The notes: a model not told the origin generated them from the letters alone. A stretch of DNA of 64,000 nt from Chloroflexota bacterium (GCA_012719135.1 JAAYAW010000003.1:819-64818), one strand, 5' to 3'; numbered from the stretch's first letter, positions 1 through 9,902 are shown. Program-made: numbers and translations.

Positions 1-699
1 GCGATCCTGCTCCACCAGGAACCACTCCACGCCCACTTCTTCGGCCGCCTCAAAGATGGACGCCCAGTTCAGGTTGCCCTCTCCGATCTCGCCGAACCGT
101 TGCTCGCGCTGTGGCGTGATCACCATATCCTTCAGGTGAAGGAGGGGCTGGCGCTTGCCGCAGTAGCGGATCCAGTAGGCCGGATCGGCGCCGCCGTGCT
201 GAACCCAGTAGGTGTCGATCTCGAGCTTGAGTTGCTCGGCGGTGCTGCCATCGACCATCATCTGGAACCAGGTGACGCCGCCGTACTTGGCGAACTCGTG
301 GCTGTGATTGTGGTAGGAAAAGTCCATGCCGGCCGAGGCCAGCTTGAGCGCCACCGGGGCGAGATCATCCAGGAACCGCTTGACGCCATCGGCCCCCTCA
401 TAACCGCGGAAGATGCCCCCGATAGCCGGATGGCTGCAATCCCATACTTGATGATCCTCGATGATGCCGTCCAGGTCCGTCATGAACCGCTCCCAGTCCA
501 TGTGGCTGGAGACGATTTTGAGCCCGTTATCGGCGGCAATCGCCCCGATCTCTTTGGCGGAGACATCCCCAAACCCGGATACCTGTATCGCGGTGTAGCC
601 GATCTTGGCCACCTTTTCCATGCTGGCCCGCACGCCGGCCCGGTCCTGGCAGAACTCGCGAACGGTGTACATCTGCGCGCCCACTACGTGTCTCTTCAT
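1..699 (-). CDS. Sugar phosphate isomerase/epimerase (xylose-isomerase-like TIM barrel), 3' end runs off the window
   Basis: Manual translation from ATG 699 (RBS AGGAGG): MKRHVVGAQMYTVREF...YHNHSHEF...EIDTYW...HLKD...GEGNLNW...VEQD, typical AP_endonuc_2 motifs; absent from ORF track because there is no stop in the window. Confidence 0.9.
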   Translation of the reverse strand, partial: MKRHVVGAQMYTVREFCQDRAGVRASMEKVAKIGYTAIQVSGFGDVSAKEIGAIAADNGLKIVSSHMDWERFMTDLDGIIEDHQVWDCSHPAIGGIFRGYEGADGVKRFLDDLAPVALKLASAGMDFSYHNHSHEFAKYGGVTWFQMMVDGSTAEQLKLEIDTYWVQHGGADPAYWIRYCGKRQPLLHLKDMVITPQREQRFGEIGEGNLNWASIFEAAEEVGVEWFLVEQDR

Positions 700-789
700 T
701 GTGACCTCCTGGGTGGTTCTGGCAGCGCTCACAGCTCGAGCGTAACACATCGGCCGGCCGCGAACAAACGGTGGAGAAAGGTGAATGCG

Positions 790-2115
790 TCAGGGCATCA
801 GCCGGTTCTGAGCTCTGTGCAGCAAGGTGGCCTCCCGCAGGCTGGGGAGATCCAGCAGGAGCATCAGCATGCGGCCAAGGCCAAAGCCCAGACCCCCGTG
901 AGGGGGGCAGCCGTACCGGAAAAAGTCCAGGTAGAACCCGATCGATTCGGGGGATAGCCCCTTCTCCCGGGCCTGCTCCGCGAGCACCTCGTACCGGTGT
1001 TCTCGCTGCGCCCCCGTGGTGAGTTCCACGCCCTTCCAGATCAGGTCAAAGCTTCGCGTGATCGCCGGGTCGTCCGGCTGCCGCATGTGGTAGAACGGCC
1101 GCACCGAGACGGGGTAATCCGTCACAAAGACAAACTCGTGATCATGCTCGCGCCGGACGAGATCATAGAGCAGTCGCTCTCCTCCCGGGTCCAGATCGCC
1201 CGGGCGGCTATCGGCGGGCGGCCGGTAGCCAGCGGCAGCCAACGCTTCCTGAGCCGCGGCCATCCGGATGCGCGGGAAGGGCAGCGAAGGGACGCGGATC
1301 TCGACGCCGAACTGCTCCAGGATCGCCTCGCCATGCTTGTCGGCCACCTGGCTCAACACATGCTGCAGCCAGCTTTCCTCCATCTCCATCACGTCTTCGT
1401 GCGAGGTGATCCAAGAGATCTCCATGTCGATGGAGGTGAACTCGGCAGCGTGGCGCGTGGTCTGGGAGGGGTCGGCGCGAAAGACGGGCCCGATCTCAAA
1501 CACACGCTCGAGGCCGGCGGCGATGGCCATCTGCTTGTAGAACTGGGGGGATTGCGCCAGGTAGGCCGTCTGCCCAAAGTAGTTGAGCGCAAAAAGCTCC
1601 GCGCCGGATTCGCTCGGGCTGCCCATGATCTTGGGCGAGTGGATCTCCACAAAGCCGTTGTCGATCCAAAAGCCGCGCATGGCGTATTCGGCCGTCGTTT
1701 GAACATCGAGCAACAACTGATTCCGCGGGTGCCTCAGATCCAGAAAGCGCCAGTCCAACCGCTTTGAGAGGTTCGTCTCTGTGCGGCCAAAGATGTCGAT
1801 CGGCAGGGCAGGATCGGCGATGGACTCGATGGAGAGATCGGTGCACAGGATCTCCATGCCGCCCATGCGCACCCTGGGGTTGGCGACGAGCCGTCCCGTC
1901 AGGCTGATGGTGGACTCCTTGGTGAGCGCCGATACCTGCTCGTTGAGCCTCTGGTTATCCGCGCTTCGATCGATCACGACCTGGACCATCCCCGTGTGAT
2001 CGCGCACCACGAGAAACTGCACGACCTTTTGGTCTCGAATGGCGTGGACGTAGCCCTGTACCGTCACTTGCTGGTCCATCTGCCCGGACAGGTCGCGGAC
2101 AAGCGTGCGCTTCAA
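790..2115 (-). CDS. aspS: Aspartate--tRNA ligase, short archaeal/non-discriminating type
   Basis: OB-fold N-terminus, YLAQSPQFYKQ, FRAD..RH..EFTSIDME, GAQREH, PPHGGLGFGLGR; ~440 aa without bacterial GAD insertion; TTG start after GGAGGG. Confidence 0.93.
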   Translation of the reverse strand: MKRTLVRDLSGQMDQQVTVQGYVHAIRDQKVVQFLVVRDHTGMVQVVIDRSADNQRLNEQVSALTKESTISLTGRLVANPRVRMGGMEILCTDLSIESIADPALPIDIFGRTETNLSKRLDWRFLDLRHPRNQLLLDVQTTAEYAMRGFWIDNGFVEIHSPKIMGSPSESGAELFALNYFGQTAYLAQSPQFYKQMAIAAGLERVFEIGPVFRADPSQTTRHAAEFTSIDMEISWITSHEDVMEMEESWLQHVLSQVADKHGEAILEQFGVEIRVPSLPFPRIRMAAAQEALAAAGYRPPADSRPGDLDPGGERLLYDLVRREHDHEFVFVTDYPVSVRPFYHMRQPDDPAITRSFDLIWKGVELTTGAQREHRYEVLAEQAREKGLSPESIGFYLDFFRYGCPPHGGLGFGLGRMLMLLLDLPSLREATLLHRAQNRLMP

Positions 2116-2312
2116 CCTAATGCCCTCCCTCCGATCGCATTGCCACATAGTCTAGCACGGGCGCGGTGGAGAGACCAATCGCCCGTTGAGATCGATATCA
2201 CGATCGGTCTCCCGGCTATCGCCTCGCCGGTGGATGTGCTAGAATGCCGTGGTCTGTTGGAGAGGGGGTGCCAACTCGCCCTCGCGTCCCGTTTGTACCC
2301 GTAGGAGGATAG

Positions 2313-2699
2313 ATGCACAGCGTCACGGCTGCCAACGCCCCAGCGGCTTTGGGACACTATAGCCACGCCATCGTATCCGGTGGCCTGGTCTTTGTGTCCG
2401 GTCAGTTGCCCATCAACCCTGAAAGTGGGGAGGTGGAAGCGGATACGATCGAAGGTCAGGTGGCTTGTTCACTCGACAACGTGTCCCGCATTCTCGCATC
2501 GGCCGGCAGTGGGATGGATCGGGTCGTCAAGGCGACGATCTTTATTAGTGATATGTCCCTCTTTAGCCGGGCGAATGCCGCCTACGCCGCGGCCTTTGGC
2601 GAGCACCGGCCGGCACGCTCAGCCGTGCCGACGTTGCTGTTGCCGCGCGGCGCGCTGGTCGAGATCGAGGTGATCGCCGAGGTGACGGCGGATGCTTGA
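2313..2699 (+). CDS. RidA/YjgF family enamine/imine deaminase
   Basis: APAALGHYSHA, VSGQLP, PARS (catalytic Arg), VEIE; RBS AGGAGG. Confidence 0.92.
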   Translation: MHSVTAANAPAALGHYSHAIVSGGLVFVSGQLPINPESGEVEADTIEGQVACSLDNVSRILASAGSGMDRVVKATIFISDMSLFSRANAAYAAAFGEHRPARSAVPTLLLPRGALVEIEVIAEVTADA

Positions 2700-3849
2700 G
2701 CGGCGGCCTGCTGAGCACTTTGTGTGCACCCGCTGTGGCGCACGGTACCCTCTCTCTGCACCGGTCTGGCGCTGCACCTGCGGAGGCCTGCTCGCCATCG
2801 CCTACACACCTCGCTTTGATCGGCGGCAGATCACTCGCCTGGGCCCAACCCTCTGGAGGTACCGCGATGCGCTGCCATTGCCCAAGGATGTGGACGCGGT
2901 CTCTCTGGGGGAGGGGTACACGCCGCTCTTACATGGGCGTGTGGCCGGCGTGCCCGTGTATCTCAAGCAGGATCACCTCTTTCCCACCGGATCATTCAAG
3001 GATCGGGGCGCGGCCGTACTCATCAGCCAAGCCGCCGCGTTGGGCGTCCGGCGGGTTGTCGAGGATTCGTCCGGTAACGCCGGCTCTGCCATAGCGGCCT
3101 ATGCGGCCCGCGCCGGGATAGCCTGCGATGTGTATGTGCCGGATGGGGCTTCGCCGGAGAAACTGGCGCAAATTCGGGCCTACGGCGCCCGGGTGCACCC
3201 CGTCGCGGGCGGCCGCTCGGCCGCAGCTGCGGCCGCACTTCAGGCGGTGGAGGCCACAGAACCACCGGGCCCCGCCTACTATGCCAGCCATGTCTGGAAT
3301 CCCTTCTTCTTGCACGGCACCAAGACCTTTGCCTTTGAGCTGTGGGAGCAGCTCAACTGGAAGGCCCCCGATACGGTCGTGCTTCCCGTCGGAAACGGCA
3401 GTCTGCTGCTGGGCGCCGCGTTGGGCTTTGAGGAGCTCGTGGCCGCCGGGATGATCTCGGCGCCTCCACGGCTTGTCGCCGTGCAGGCGGAGGCCTGCGC
3501 GCCGCTCGCGACGGCGTTCGACCAGGATGAAGGGCTCCCGGCGGCCGTGGGCGTTCAGCCGACGCTGGCGGAGGGGATCGCCGTGCCCGAGCCGGTGCGC
3601 GGGGCTCAAGTGCTGGCCGCCGTGCGGCGCACCGGCGGCCAGGTGATATCCGTCACGGAGGAGGAGATCGCCGCGGCGCTGCGAGCCTGGTGGCGCGTGG
3701 GGTATGCTCTCGAGCCCACCGCGGCGGCGGCGCTGGCCGGCCTCTCACGCTACGCCGCCCAGGGCGCCCGGCCCCGTGAAGTCATCGTTTCGGCCATCAC
3801 AGGCCATGGCCTGAAGGCCATGGGCCATGTCGCTGCGTTGCTCGACTGA
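2692..3849 (+). CDS. Threonine synthase-like PLP-dependent enzyme
   Basis: N-terminal CxxC/CxC, SLGEGYTP, PTGSFKDRG (PLP Lys), SSGNAG, PVGNG; overlaps upstream RidA gene. Confidence 0.88.
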   Translation: MLERRPAEHFVCTRCGARYPLSAPVWRCTCGGLLAIAYTPRFDRRQITRLGPTLWRYRDALPLPKDVDAVSLGEGYTPLLHGRVAGVPVYLKQDHLFPTGSFKDRGAAVLISQAAALGVRRVVEDSSGNAGSAIAAYAARAGIACDVYVPDGASPEKLAQIRAYGARVHPVAGGRSAAAAAALQAVEATEPPGPAYYASHVWNPFFLHGTKTFAFELWEQLNWKAPDTVVLPVGNGSLLLGAALGFEELVAAGMISAPPRLVAVQAEACAPLATAFDQDEGLPAAVGVQPTLAEGIAVPEPVRGAQVLAAVRRTGGQVISVTEEEIAAALRAWWRVGYALEPTAAAALAGLSRYAAQGARPREVIVSAITGHGLKAMGHVAALLD

Positions 3850-3858
3850 AGGAGCCGG

Positions 3859-4029
3859 ATGAAGCCAAACATTCAACGATACAGAGGTATGCGCACATCC
3901 CTCTGGATTGGGGCCGCGATCGCCCTTCTCCTGCGCTATGCCATGGGGGAGACCACCTGGCCCATCATCGTCATCGGCGCTTCACTGGTGATCGGGCTCG
4001 TGATCGATCTGGTGATACGGAAAGCCTGA
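3859..4029 (+). CDS. Small membrane protein (56 aa, two TM helices)
   Basis: RBS AAGGAG then MKPNIQRYRGMRTSLWIGAAIALLLRYAMGETTWPIIVIGASLVIGLVIDLVIRKA*; below ORF-track cutoff. Confidence 0.65.
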   Translation: MKPNIQRYRGMRTSLWIGAAIALLLRYAMGETTWPIIVIGASLVIGLVIDLVIRKA

Positions 4030-4060
4030 GGCATCGCTCCCTACGGGGGCCAGCCGTGGG

Positions 4061-4663
4061 CTAGGTTTCCGGTGTCTCCGGTGAGCGGGAAAGCAGCATC
4101 GCCAGGGCGCCCATCCAGAGTATCCCGCCTGTGCCAAAGCCAGCGGCGAGGTTCATCGGGTTGCGATGGATCGAAGGGATACCGGGCACCCAGATCATCG
4201 TGGCGATCGCCAGGGCCACGATGAGCAGCCCGGCGATTCCGTCGCCCGGAGCTTTGTGGATCGGTGCCAGCGCCACAAAGTGCAGCCCCACAATCAGGGC
4301 GGTGGCGGGCGCCACGTAGGCGTGGTTTGATGTCAAAAAGAGCGCTGCCGAGACCAGGGTGATCGCAAAGCCCTCCACGCGCAGGACCCAGTGAGCGTGC
4401 CCGGTCCGCCGCGCTCGCTCGGCACGCGCCTCGGGGGTCATTTCCTCGTCGGCTATCTGGGATGCGTGCTGCATCGCGCGGAACGACCCGATCAGGAGGA
4501 GGCCCGTGATGACGCCCAGGGCGACGGCTGCCCACGGCATCGCCACCGGCCTGAGCTCCACCAGGCCGAGCAGAGCCCACGCTGCGCCCAGGGCCGAGTA
4601 CAGCGCCGCACCACCGGCAGAGTGAAAAGCCAGGTAACGCCGTGGAAGAGCGGGGGGGGACAT
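4061..4663 (-). CDS. Multi-pass membrane protein of unknown function
   Basis: About 6 hydrophobic segments, IVGLHF motif. Confidence 0.7.
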   Translation of the reverse strand: MSPPALPRRYLAFHSAGGAALYSALGAAWALLGLVELRPVAMPWAAVALGVITGLLLIGSFRAMQHASQIADEEMTPEARAERARRTGHAHWVLRVEGFAITLVSAALFLTSNHAYVAPATALIVGLHFVALAPIHKAPGDGIAGLLIVALAIATMIWVPGIPSIHRNPMNLAAGFGTGGILWMGALAMLLSRSPETPET

Positions 4664-4834
4664 TGAGCGGGCACCTCGAATCCGGGAACCTGCAGGCTTG
4701 ATAACCCGGCTATTCTAGCACTGTGAGCGGCGCCGGGCAACAGCGGAGCGGTTGGGCACGTGGGATGGCCAGTTGACTGGGCTGAGGCACTGCCGTAGAA
4801 TCGGCGTAACCAACACAAAACACCGGAGAGAGCG

Positions 4835-5041
4835 ATGGCAGAGGCAGATTCCGCTACCATACGTTATCATGACGAGTCCTGGGAGGCCGAAAGCGGCGTC
4901 ACCATTCATCGTGCGATCGAGCGAGTGGGCATCGACCCGCACTCTGTGCTCGCTATTCGCGGGAAAAAGCTTGTCACTCACCAGACGCTGCTGGAGCCGG
5001 AGGACGAGATACGCCTCGTCGACATTGTATCCGGAGGGTGA
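4835..5041 (+). CDS. MoaD/ThiS family ubiquitin-like sulfur carrier
   Basis: 68 aa beta-grasp-like sequence ending DEIRLVDIVSGG; RBS GGAG; upstream TTGACT...TAGAAT. Confidence 0.85.
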   Translation: MAEADSATIRYHDESWEAESGVTIHRAIERVGIDPHSVLAIRGKKLVTHQTLLEPEDEIRLVDIVSGG

Positions 5042-5131
5042 TGGCGCCCGCCGTAACCGGCGCGGGCATCGGTGCACAGGTCGGGATTTGTGCAGCGGGA
5101 CGCCTTCGCCGTGGCGCCCATCGGAGTGGGC

Positions 5132-5824
5132 ATGACTGAGCGCCAGCCGAGGCCGCGCACTTATCGCTACTATGATCTGATCGTCGCCGCCTTTGTGGCG
5201 GTCCTCCTCATCAGCAACATCGCTTCGACCAAGATCCTGGCTCTGGGCCCCTTCTCCTTCGATGGCGGCACGCTGCTGTTCCCGGTGAGCTATATCTTTG
5301 GCGATATCCTCACGGAGGTGTACGGCTATGCCCGGGGCCGCCGTGTCATCCATTGTGGCTTTGTGGCGGCGTTGACGATGGCCCTGACCTTTGCGCTCGT
5401 GGGGGCGCTGCCGCCCGCCAGGGGCTGGGAGAACCAGGCTGCCTACGAGGCCATCCTCGGCATGGCGCCGAGGATCGTCTCCGCTTCGCTCATTGCTTAC
5501 TTTGCCGGAAGCGTCGCCAACTCCTGGGTGCTCGCTCGCCTCAAGGTGCGGACGCGAGGACGCTGGCTCTGGCTCCGCACGATCTCCTCGACACTGGTGG
5601 GAGAAGGAATCGATACGCTGCTCTTTGTGGTGATCGCCTTTGGCGGCGTGCTCTCCGGCGACCTGCTGTCTGACGTGATCGTATCCAACTATGTCTTCAA
5701 GGTCGGTCTGGAGGTCCTGATGACTCCGCTCACCTACCGCATCGTCCATGCGCTCAAGCAGGCCGAGGACGAAGACTTTTACGACATACATACCGATTTC
5801 AACCCGCTTTCGACGCGCATCTGA
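5132..5824 (+). CDS. Queuosine precursor transporter (YhhQ/VUT family)
   Basis: LISNIASTKI, FPVSYIFGDILTEVYG, RTISSTLVGEGIDT, TDFNPL. Confidence 0.9.
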   Translation: MTERQPRPRTYRYYDLIVAAFVAVLLISNIASTKILALGPFSFDGGTLLFPVSYIFGDILTEVYGYARGRRVIHCGFVAALTMALTFALVGALPPARGWENQAAYEAILGMAPRIVSASLIAYFAGSVANSWVLARLKVRTRGRWLWLRTISSTLVGEGIDTLLFVVIAFGGVLSGDLLSDVIVSNYVFKVGLEVLMTPLTYRIVHALKQAEDEDFYDIHTDFNPLSTRI

Positions 5825-5883
5825 GCGCCGTGCGCCGCCGCTCGAACGGCGGATGGCGGAACACCTCCCGAAAGGATCGATCC

Positions 5884-6855
5884 ATGGATACCTGGTGGCC
5901 TGAGGTCCCTGCCTCTGAACAAGAGCCCGATATCGACGCCTCGCCGCTGTTTGCAGAAGAGTTGCCTGCTTCCCACCGCAGCGGCTTTGTGGCGTTGGTG
6001 GGCAAGCCCAACGTGGGCAAGTCCACGCTGCTGAATCGGTGGATGGGCGTGAAGGTAGCTGCCGTTACCTCCAAGCCCCAGACCACGCGGACGCGTCTGC
6101 TGGGCATCCTCACCCGCAACGACGCCCAGGTGATCTTTGTGGACACGCCGGGCGTGCACCGGCCTCGGACGGCACTGGGCGACTATATGGTGGCGGCGGC
6201 CGAATCCGCCGTGCCGGACGCCGACATCGTCCTGTTCATGGTGGACCTGTCTTCTCCGCCCGATGCGAACGATCGCCATGTGGCCGAGCTGGTGGCCCGT
6301 TTTGTCAACGTTCCCGCGATTCTGGTGATGAACAAGCGCGATCTGGTGTCCGGCGAACTCCTCGATGGGCGCGAGGCCGCCTACAGGGCGTTGGGGCAGT
6401 TCAGCCGGGAGGTGACGATCAGCGCCGAAGAGGGGCTCGGCACGGACGAACTGCTCTCACAGGTGATAGGCTATCTGCCGGAGGGTCCACGTTTTTACCC
6501 GCCGGACCAGCTGACCGATCAATCCGAGCGCTTTGTCGCCGCCGAACTGATCCGCGAGCAGGTGCTGCTCAACCTGCGTCACGAGGTTCCCCATGCGGTG
6601 GCCGTCATCGTGAGCGAGTTCGCACAGCGCCCGAACGGGATGCTGTTCATCGCGGCGGGCATCTATACGGAGCAGGATTCCCAGAAGGGGATCGTCATTG
6701 GCGCGCGAGGGGAAATGCTCAAGCGGATCGGCTCGGGCGCCCGCGTGGCGCTGGAGGCCTTCTTTGAGCAAAAGGTCTACCTGGATCTCTGGGTCAAGGT
6801 GCGCAAGAACTGGCGCTCGAACGAAAAGTACCTCAGGGAGCTGGGCTACCGCTGA
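5884..6855 (+). CDS. era: GTPase Era
   Basis: SGFVALVGKPNVGKST, PQTTR, DTPG, NKRD, KH domain SQKGIVIG, LDLWVKV. Confidence 0.97.
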   Translation: MDTWWPEVPASEQEPDIDASPLFAEELPASHRSGFVALVGKPNVGKSTLLNRWMGVKVAAVTSKPQTTRTRLLGILTRNDAQVIFVDTPGVHRPRTALGDYMVAAAESAVPDADIVLFMVDLSSPPDANDRHVAELVARFVNVPAILVMNKRDLVSGELLDGREAAYRALGQFSREVTISAEEGLGTDELLSQVIGYLPEGPRFYPPDQLTDQSERFVAAELIREQVLLNLRHEVPHAVAVIVSEFAQRPNGMLFIAAGIYTEQDSQKGIVIGARGEMLKRIGSGARVALEAFFEQKVYLDLWVKVRKNWRSNEKYLRELGYR

Positions 6856-6879
6856 GCTGTGGCTGCGAGGGCTCCAGGC

Positions 6880-7713
6880 CTAGAACAGGAGCAGGCTCAG
6901 GGCCATCACGGCCATACCGCCCATCAGGCCGTAGAGCGAATCGTGCCCCCGCCCATAGGTCCGTGAGGTAGGCAGCAACTCGTCCAGCGAGATGTAGATC
7001 ATCACCCCGGCCACACTCCCAAACAAAACGCCCATCAGCGCCGGAGTGATAAAGCGGCGCAGTACCACGTACCCCAGCAGCGCGCCCACAGGCTCCGCCA
7101 GCCCGGACAGCAAGGACCAGAGCAGGGCCCGCCGGCGGTTGCCTGTGGCGTAGTAGATCGGCACGGAGACGCTGATCCCCTCGGGGATGTTGTGCAGGGC
7201 GACGGCGAGCGCGATGCTCACGCCCAGCGCTGGATCCGCCAGCGCCGCAAGAAAGGTCACCATACCCTCGGGAAAGTTGTGGATGCCCACCGCCAGCGCT
7301 GTAAAGATGCCCGTGCGCTCCAGGTGCGCCGTGGGGCGTTCGTCCTCCGCGGGGATCGGGCAGAGATCGCCGACGCACGCCAGCTCCTCTTCTGACCGGG
7401 ACTCGTGCGGGTTATCCGCGTGCGGAATCAACTGGTCGATGATAAAGGTCAGCGCGATTCCGGCAAAGAACGAAGCCGTGGCCATCCATTCGGCGCCGTT
7501 GAGACTGTGGGCCGCGTCGATGGACTCTACGGCCTTGGGCAGGATCTCCACAAAGGACACATAGAGCATCACGCCGCCGGAGAATCCCGTGGCCCAGGAC
7601 AAGAACCGCATGTTGGTCTGCTTGGAAAAGAAAGCAATCAGGCTGCCGGCCCCGGTCGAAAGACCTGCGAAAGCTGTCAAGAGTAGTGCGGGCCAAAAGC
7701 CGCTCTCGGGCAT
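6880..7713 (-). CDS. zupT: ZIP family zinc transporter ZupT
   Basis: [44 protein letters not shown]. Confidence 0.92.
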   Translation of the reverse strand: MPESGFWPALLLTAFAGLSTGAGSLIAFFSKQTNMRFLSWATGFSGGVMLYVSFVEILPKAVESIDAAHSLNGAEWMATASFFAGIALTFIIDQLIPHADNPHESRSEEELACVGDLCPIPAEDERPTAHLERTGIFTALAVGIHNFPEGMVTFLAALADPALGVSIALAVALHNIPEGISVSVPIYYATGNRRRALLWSLLSGLAEPVGALLGYVVLRRFITPALMGVLFGSVAGVMIYISLDELLPTSRTYGRGHDSLYGLMGGMAVMALSLLLF

Positions 7714-8165
7714 GGCAGTACTCCTTGTGCCTGGTCCTCTTGCTGATTCGAACGGCGCTATTGTAGCATGGCCGCGGCCAGGCCGGAAAATGTGTCGCAC
7801 GCAGGACGCCACAATCGGCACGGGCCCGCTGGACGCGCCGCGTGAGCATCAGGGCGCCACGGTCGCAAGTCAGTAGGCCAGAAGGCGCCGCAGGAGGGGA
7901 CGAGGACTTGGCGCTCTAGCGCGACCGGGCCCCAGGGCTGTCCACCGGCCCGGTTGAGCTTTGCGCAAAGCGCAGTCTTGCCCGGCGGGCGGAGCGGCCG
8001 GTAACACCCGTCCCCGCGGGCAATGGGCCCCCAGAGAGGGCGCCGCGACGGTTCCAGACGTAACACCGGGGATGCCGTGCGCCACCGGGCATCGCGGAGC
8101 CAGATCTGGCTCGAGGCGTGCTGTACCAGGGGGGCGAAGGCGCCCCCCCATCACTCCTGCCGGCG

Positions 8166-9770
8166 CTAGGCCGTCAACTGCGCGCGGACGAGCCCTGAAC
8201 GCACGTCCACCCACAACCCGCCGGTGATCTCGTCCCCATTGCGCCAGTGGCGGGCCTTCCAGTCTCCCTGCGCGTCGAACCCACCCTCCTCCACGAGGCA
8301 AAAGTCCGGCAGATCCTCGTTCATCAACGAGGCCGCCATGGAGGGGGTCAACTCGGCATCGGGAGCGGGCTTGCGCTTGAATGTCACCCGGAAAGGTCCA
8401 CCGGCCAGGTAGAACTCGCGTTCGCCGGTTTGGATGATCAGACCTCTGGCTCGATCGAAACCCTCGGGGCCGCCGCGCCGGGGGTAAAGGTAGCCGCGCG
8501 GGTAGGGCATGTCCGAATCGGCATAGCGTACAAAGGCGAGATAGTCGCCGACTTCCAGATATTGGCCCATGGCATGCTCTTCCTGCACCACCGTGTGGAT
8601 TCTGCCGGTGCCTTGGTACTTGAGCAGCAAGGGTATGGCCTCGCGGGCTACCCGGAAGCTCTCGGCTACCTCTCGTGATTCCGGACGGAGCATTCCCTCT
8701 TCATCGAGCATGCTTTCGACGCCGAAGCAAAAGTAACCGATCGCGTCAAAGGTGCCGAGGGCGTAGAACATCGTCCGGGCGTTAGGGCCGCGGGAGCCCG
8801 ATTCCGGCACAAAGAAGGGGTTGTCCTCCCGGGCATAGTGCCGGCACTCAAAGAGGTAGCTCTCGGTCGCCGCCGAGTAGATGTCCGGTGCGATGATGTC
8901 GATGTGCGGCGTGAGCCACTTGAACAGGTCCAGCACCCGGGTCACGGCGCCACCGGACGGATAGTCCCCGGCGAGCCGGTGCCCACCCTCTCCCAGCCAG
9001 ACGTTGATCGTCATGGGTACGTTATGGATGGCTTTCCCCGCGGCGGCCAGACTGTCAATGTACCGGGCGATCTGCCAGGCCGTCATGAACTCGCCGGCCC
9101 GCCATCCGAACGTCTCCGGCCAGTTGCCGCCCTCCCTCGCTCCCGCTTCCTTCCAGGCCGTGTGCACTGGCGTATCCGGATGTGCGGCGACGAGTGCGAT
9201 CAACTCGCTCGGGACCGCACTGTGGAAGGTCGCCGTGGACTCGGCGCTGTAATCCCGATCACACCCAAGGATGCCGGGTTCGTTCTCCACCTGCACTGCG
9301 ATGATGGTTTGCTCCTCTGCATCTCGCTCGCGGATGGCTTGCATCAGTGCGGAAAAGGCGCGCTCGTCCGCCCGGCGGCTCTCCTCGCACTGCGACGAGA
9401 GCACCGGGATGGTAAAGCCGGCCGGGGCCACTACGCGGCGGAAGCGATCGGGGGCAGTCTTGACCCAGTTGGGCGTGTACTCCATCTGGCCGTTCTTCCA
9501 GGTGCCGAACCAGAGTGGAATCAGCCGGAGGCCCCGGGAGCGGCAGCCCTCCAGAAGCTCGTCCAGCACGGCAAAGTCGAACCGCCCCTCCTCAGGCTCG
9601 ATCTGAGACCAGTAGATGGGCACCTCGATGGCGTTCCCCCCCAATACCTCCAGTGCTTTGAAGGCCTGCTGTAACTCGGACAGGTTGTATCCGCTGGAGT
9701 TGTGCACCTGTCCGCCCAGAGGGAAGAAGGGCTCTCCGTTGACCCGAAAGACTCGCCTCACTGTGTGCAT
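8166..9770 (-). CDS. GH35-like beta-galactosidase with DUF5597 domain
   Basis: GGQVHNSS, WFGTWKNG, QVENEPG, YPSGG, APDIY, NPFFVPE, RNGDE. Confidence 0.85.
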   Translation of the reverse strand: MHTVRRVFRVNGEPFFPLGGQVHNSSGYNLSELQQAFKALEVLGGNAIEVPIYWSQIEPEEGRFDFAVLDELLEGCRSRGLRLIPLWFGTWKNGQMEYTPNWVKTAPDRFRRVVAPAGFTIPVLSSQCEESRRADERAFSALMQAIRERDAEEQTIIAVQVENEPGILGCDRDYSAESTATFHSAVPSELIALVAAHPDTPVHTAWKEAGAREGGNWPETFGWRAGEFMTAWQIARYIDSLAAAGKAIHNVPMTINVWLGEGGHRLAGDYPSGGAVTRVLDLFKWLTPHIDIIAPDIYSAATESYLFECRHYAREDNPFFVPESGSRGPNARTMFYALGTFDAIGYFCFGVESMLDEEGMLRPESREVAESFRVAREAIPLLLKYQGTGRIHTVVQEEHAMGQYLEVGDYLAFVRYADSDMPYPRGYLYPRRGGPEGFDRARGLIIQTGEREFYLAGGPFRVTFKRKPAPDAELTPSMAASLMNEDLPDFCLVEEGGFDAQGDWKARHWRNGDEITGGLWVDVRSGLVRAQLTA

Positions 9771-9902
9771 GTTGTTCCTCCTGCTGGATATCGCATACAT
9801 GGTACACGTGCGCGCAACGGCTGGCAACGACGTTAGCCGATTGACAGCCGCTTCCCCTATGACTTATAGTCTACAGAGTCGACACATGCTTGCGGAGGAC
9901 CC

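Noticed and set aside
100..957. 285-aa plus-strand ORF and many other long antisense ORFs (e.g. 26238-27344, 27655-29004, 58570-60063)
   Set aside because: Shadow ORFs typical of high-GC coding regions; the opposite strand carries recognisable proteins
5042..5131. preQ1 riboswitch upstream of the queuosine-precursor transporter
   Set aside because: No preQ1-I stem-loop with A-rich tail is visible
7870..8151. Possible ORF after AGGAG downstream of the GH35-like gene; also possible RNase P, SRP or tmRNA
   Set aside because: Translation is Pro/Arg/Gly-rich and non-protein-like; hallmark motifs of those RNAs are absent
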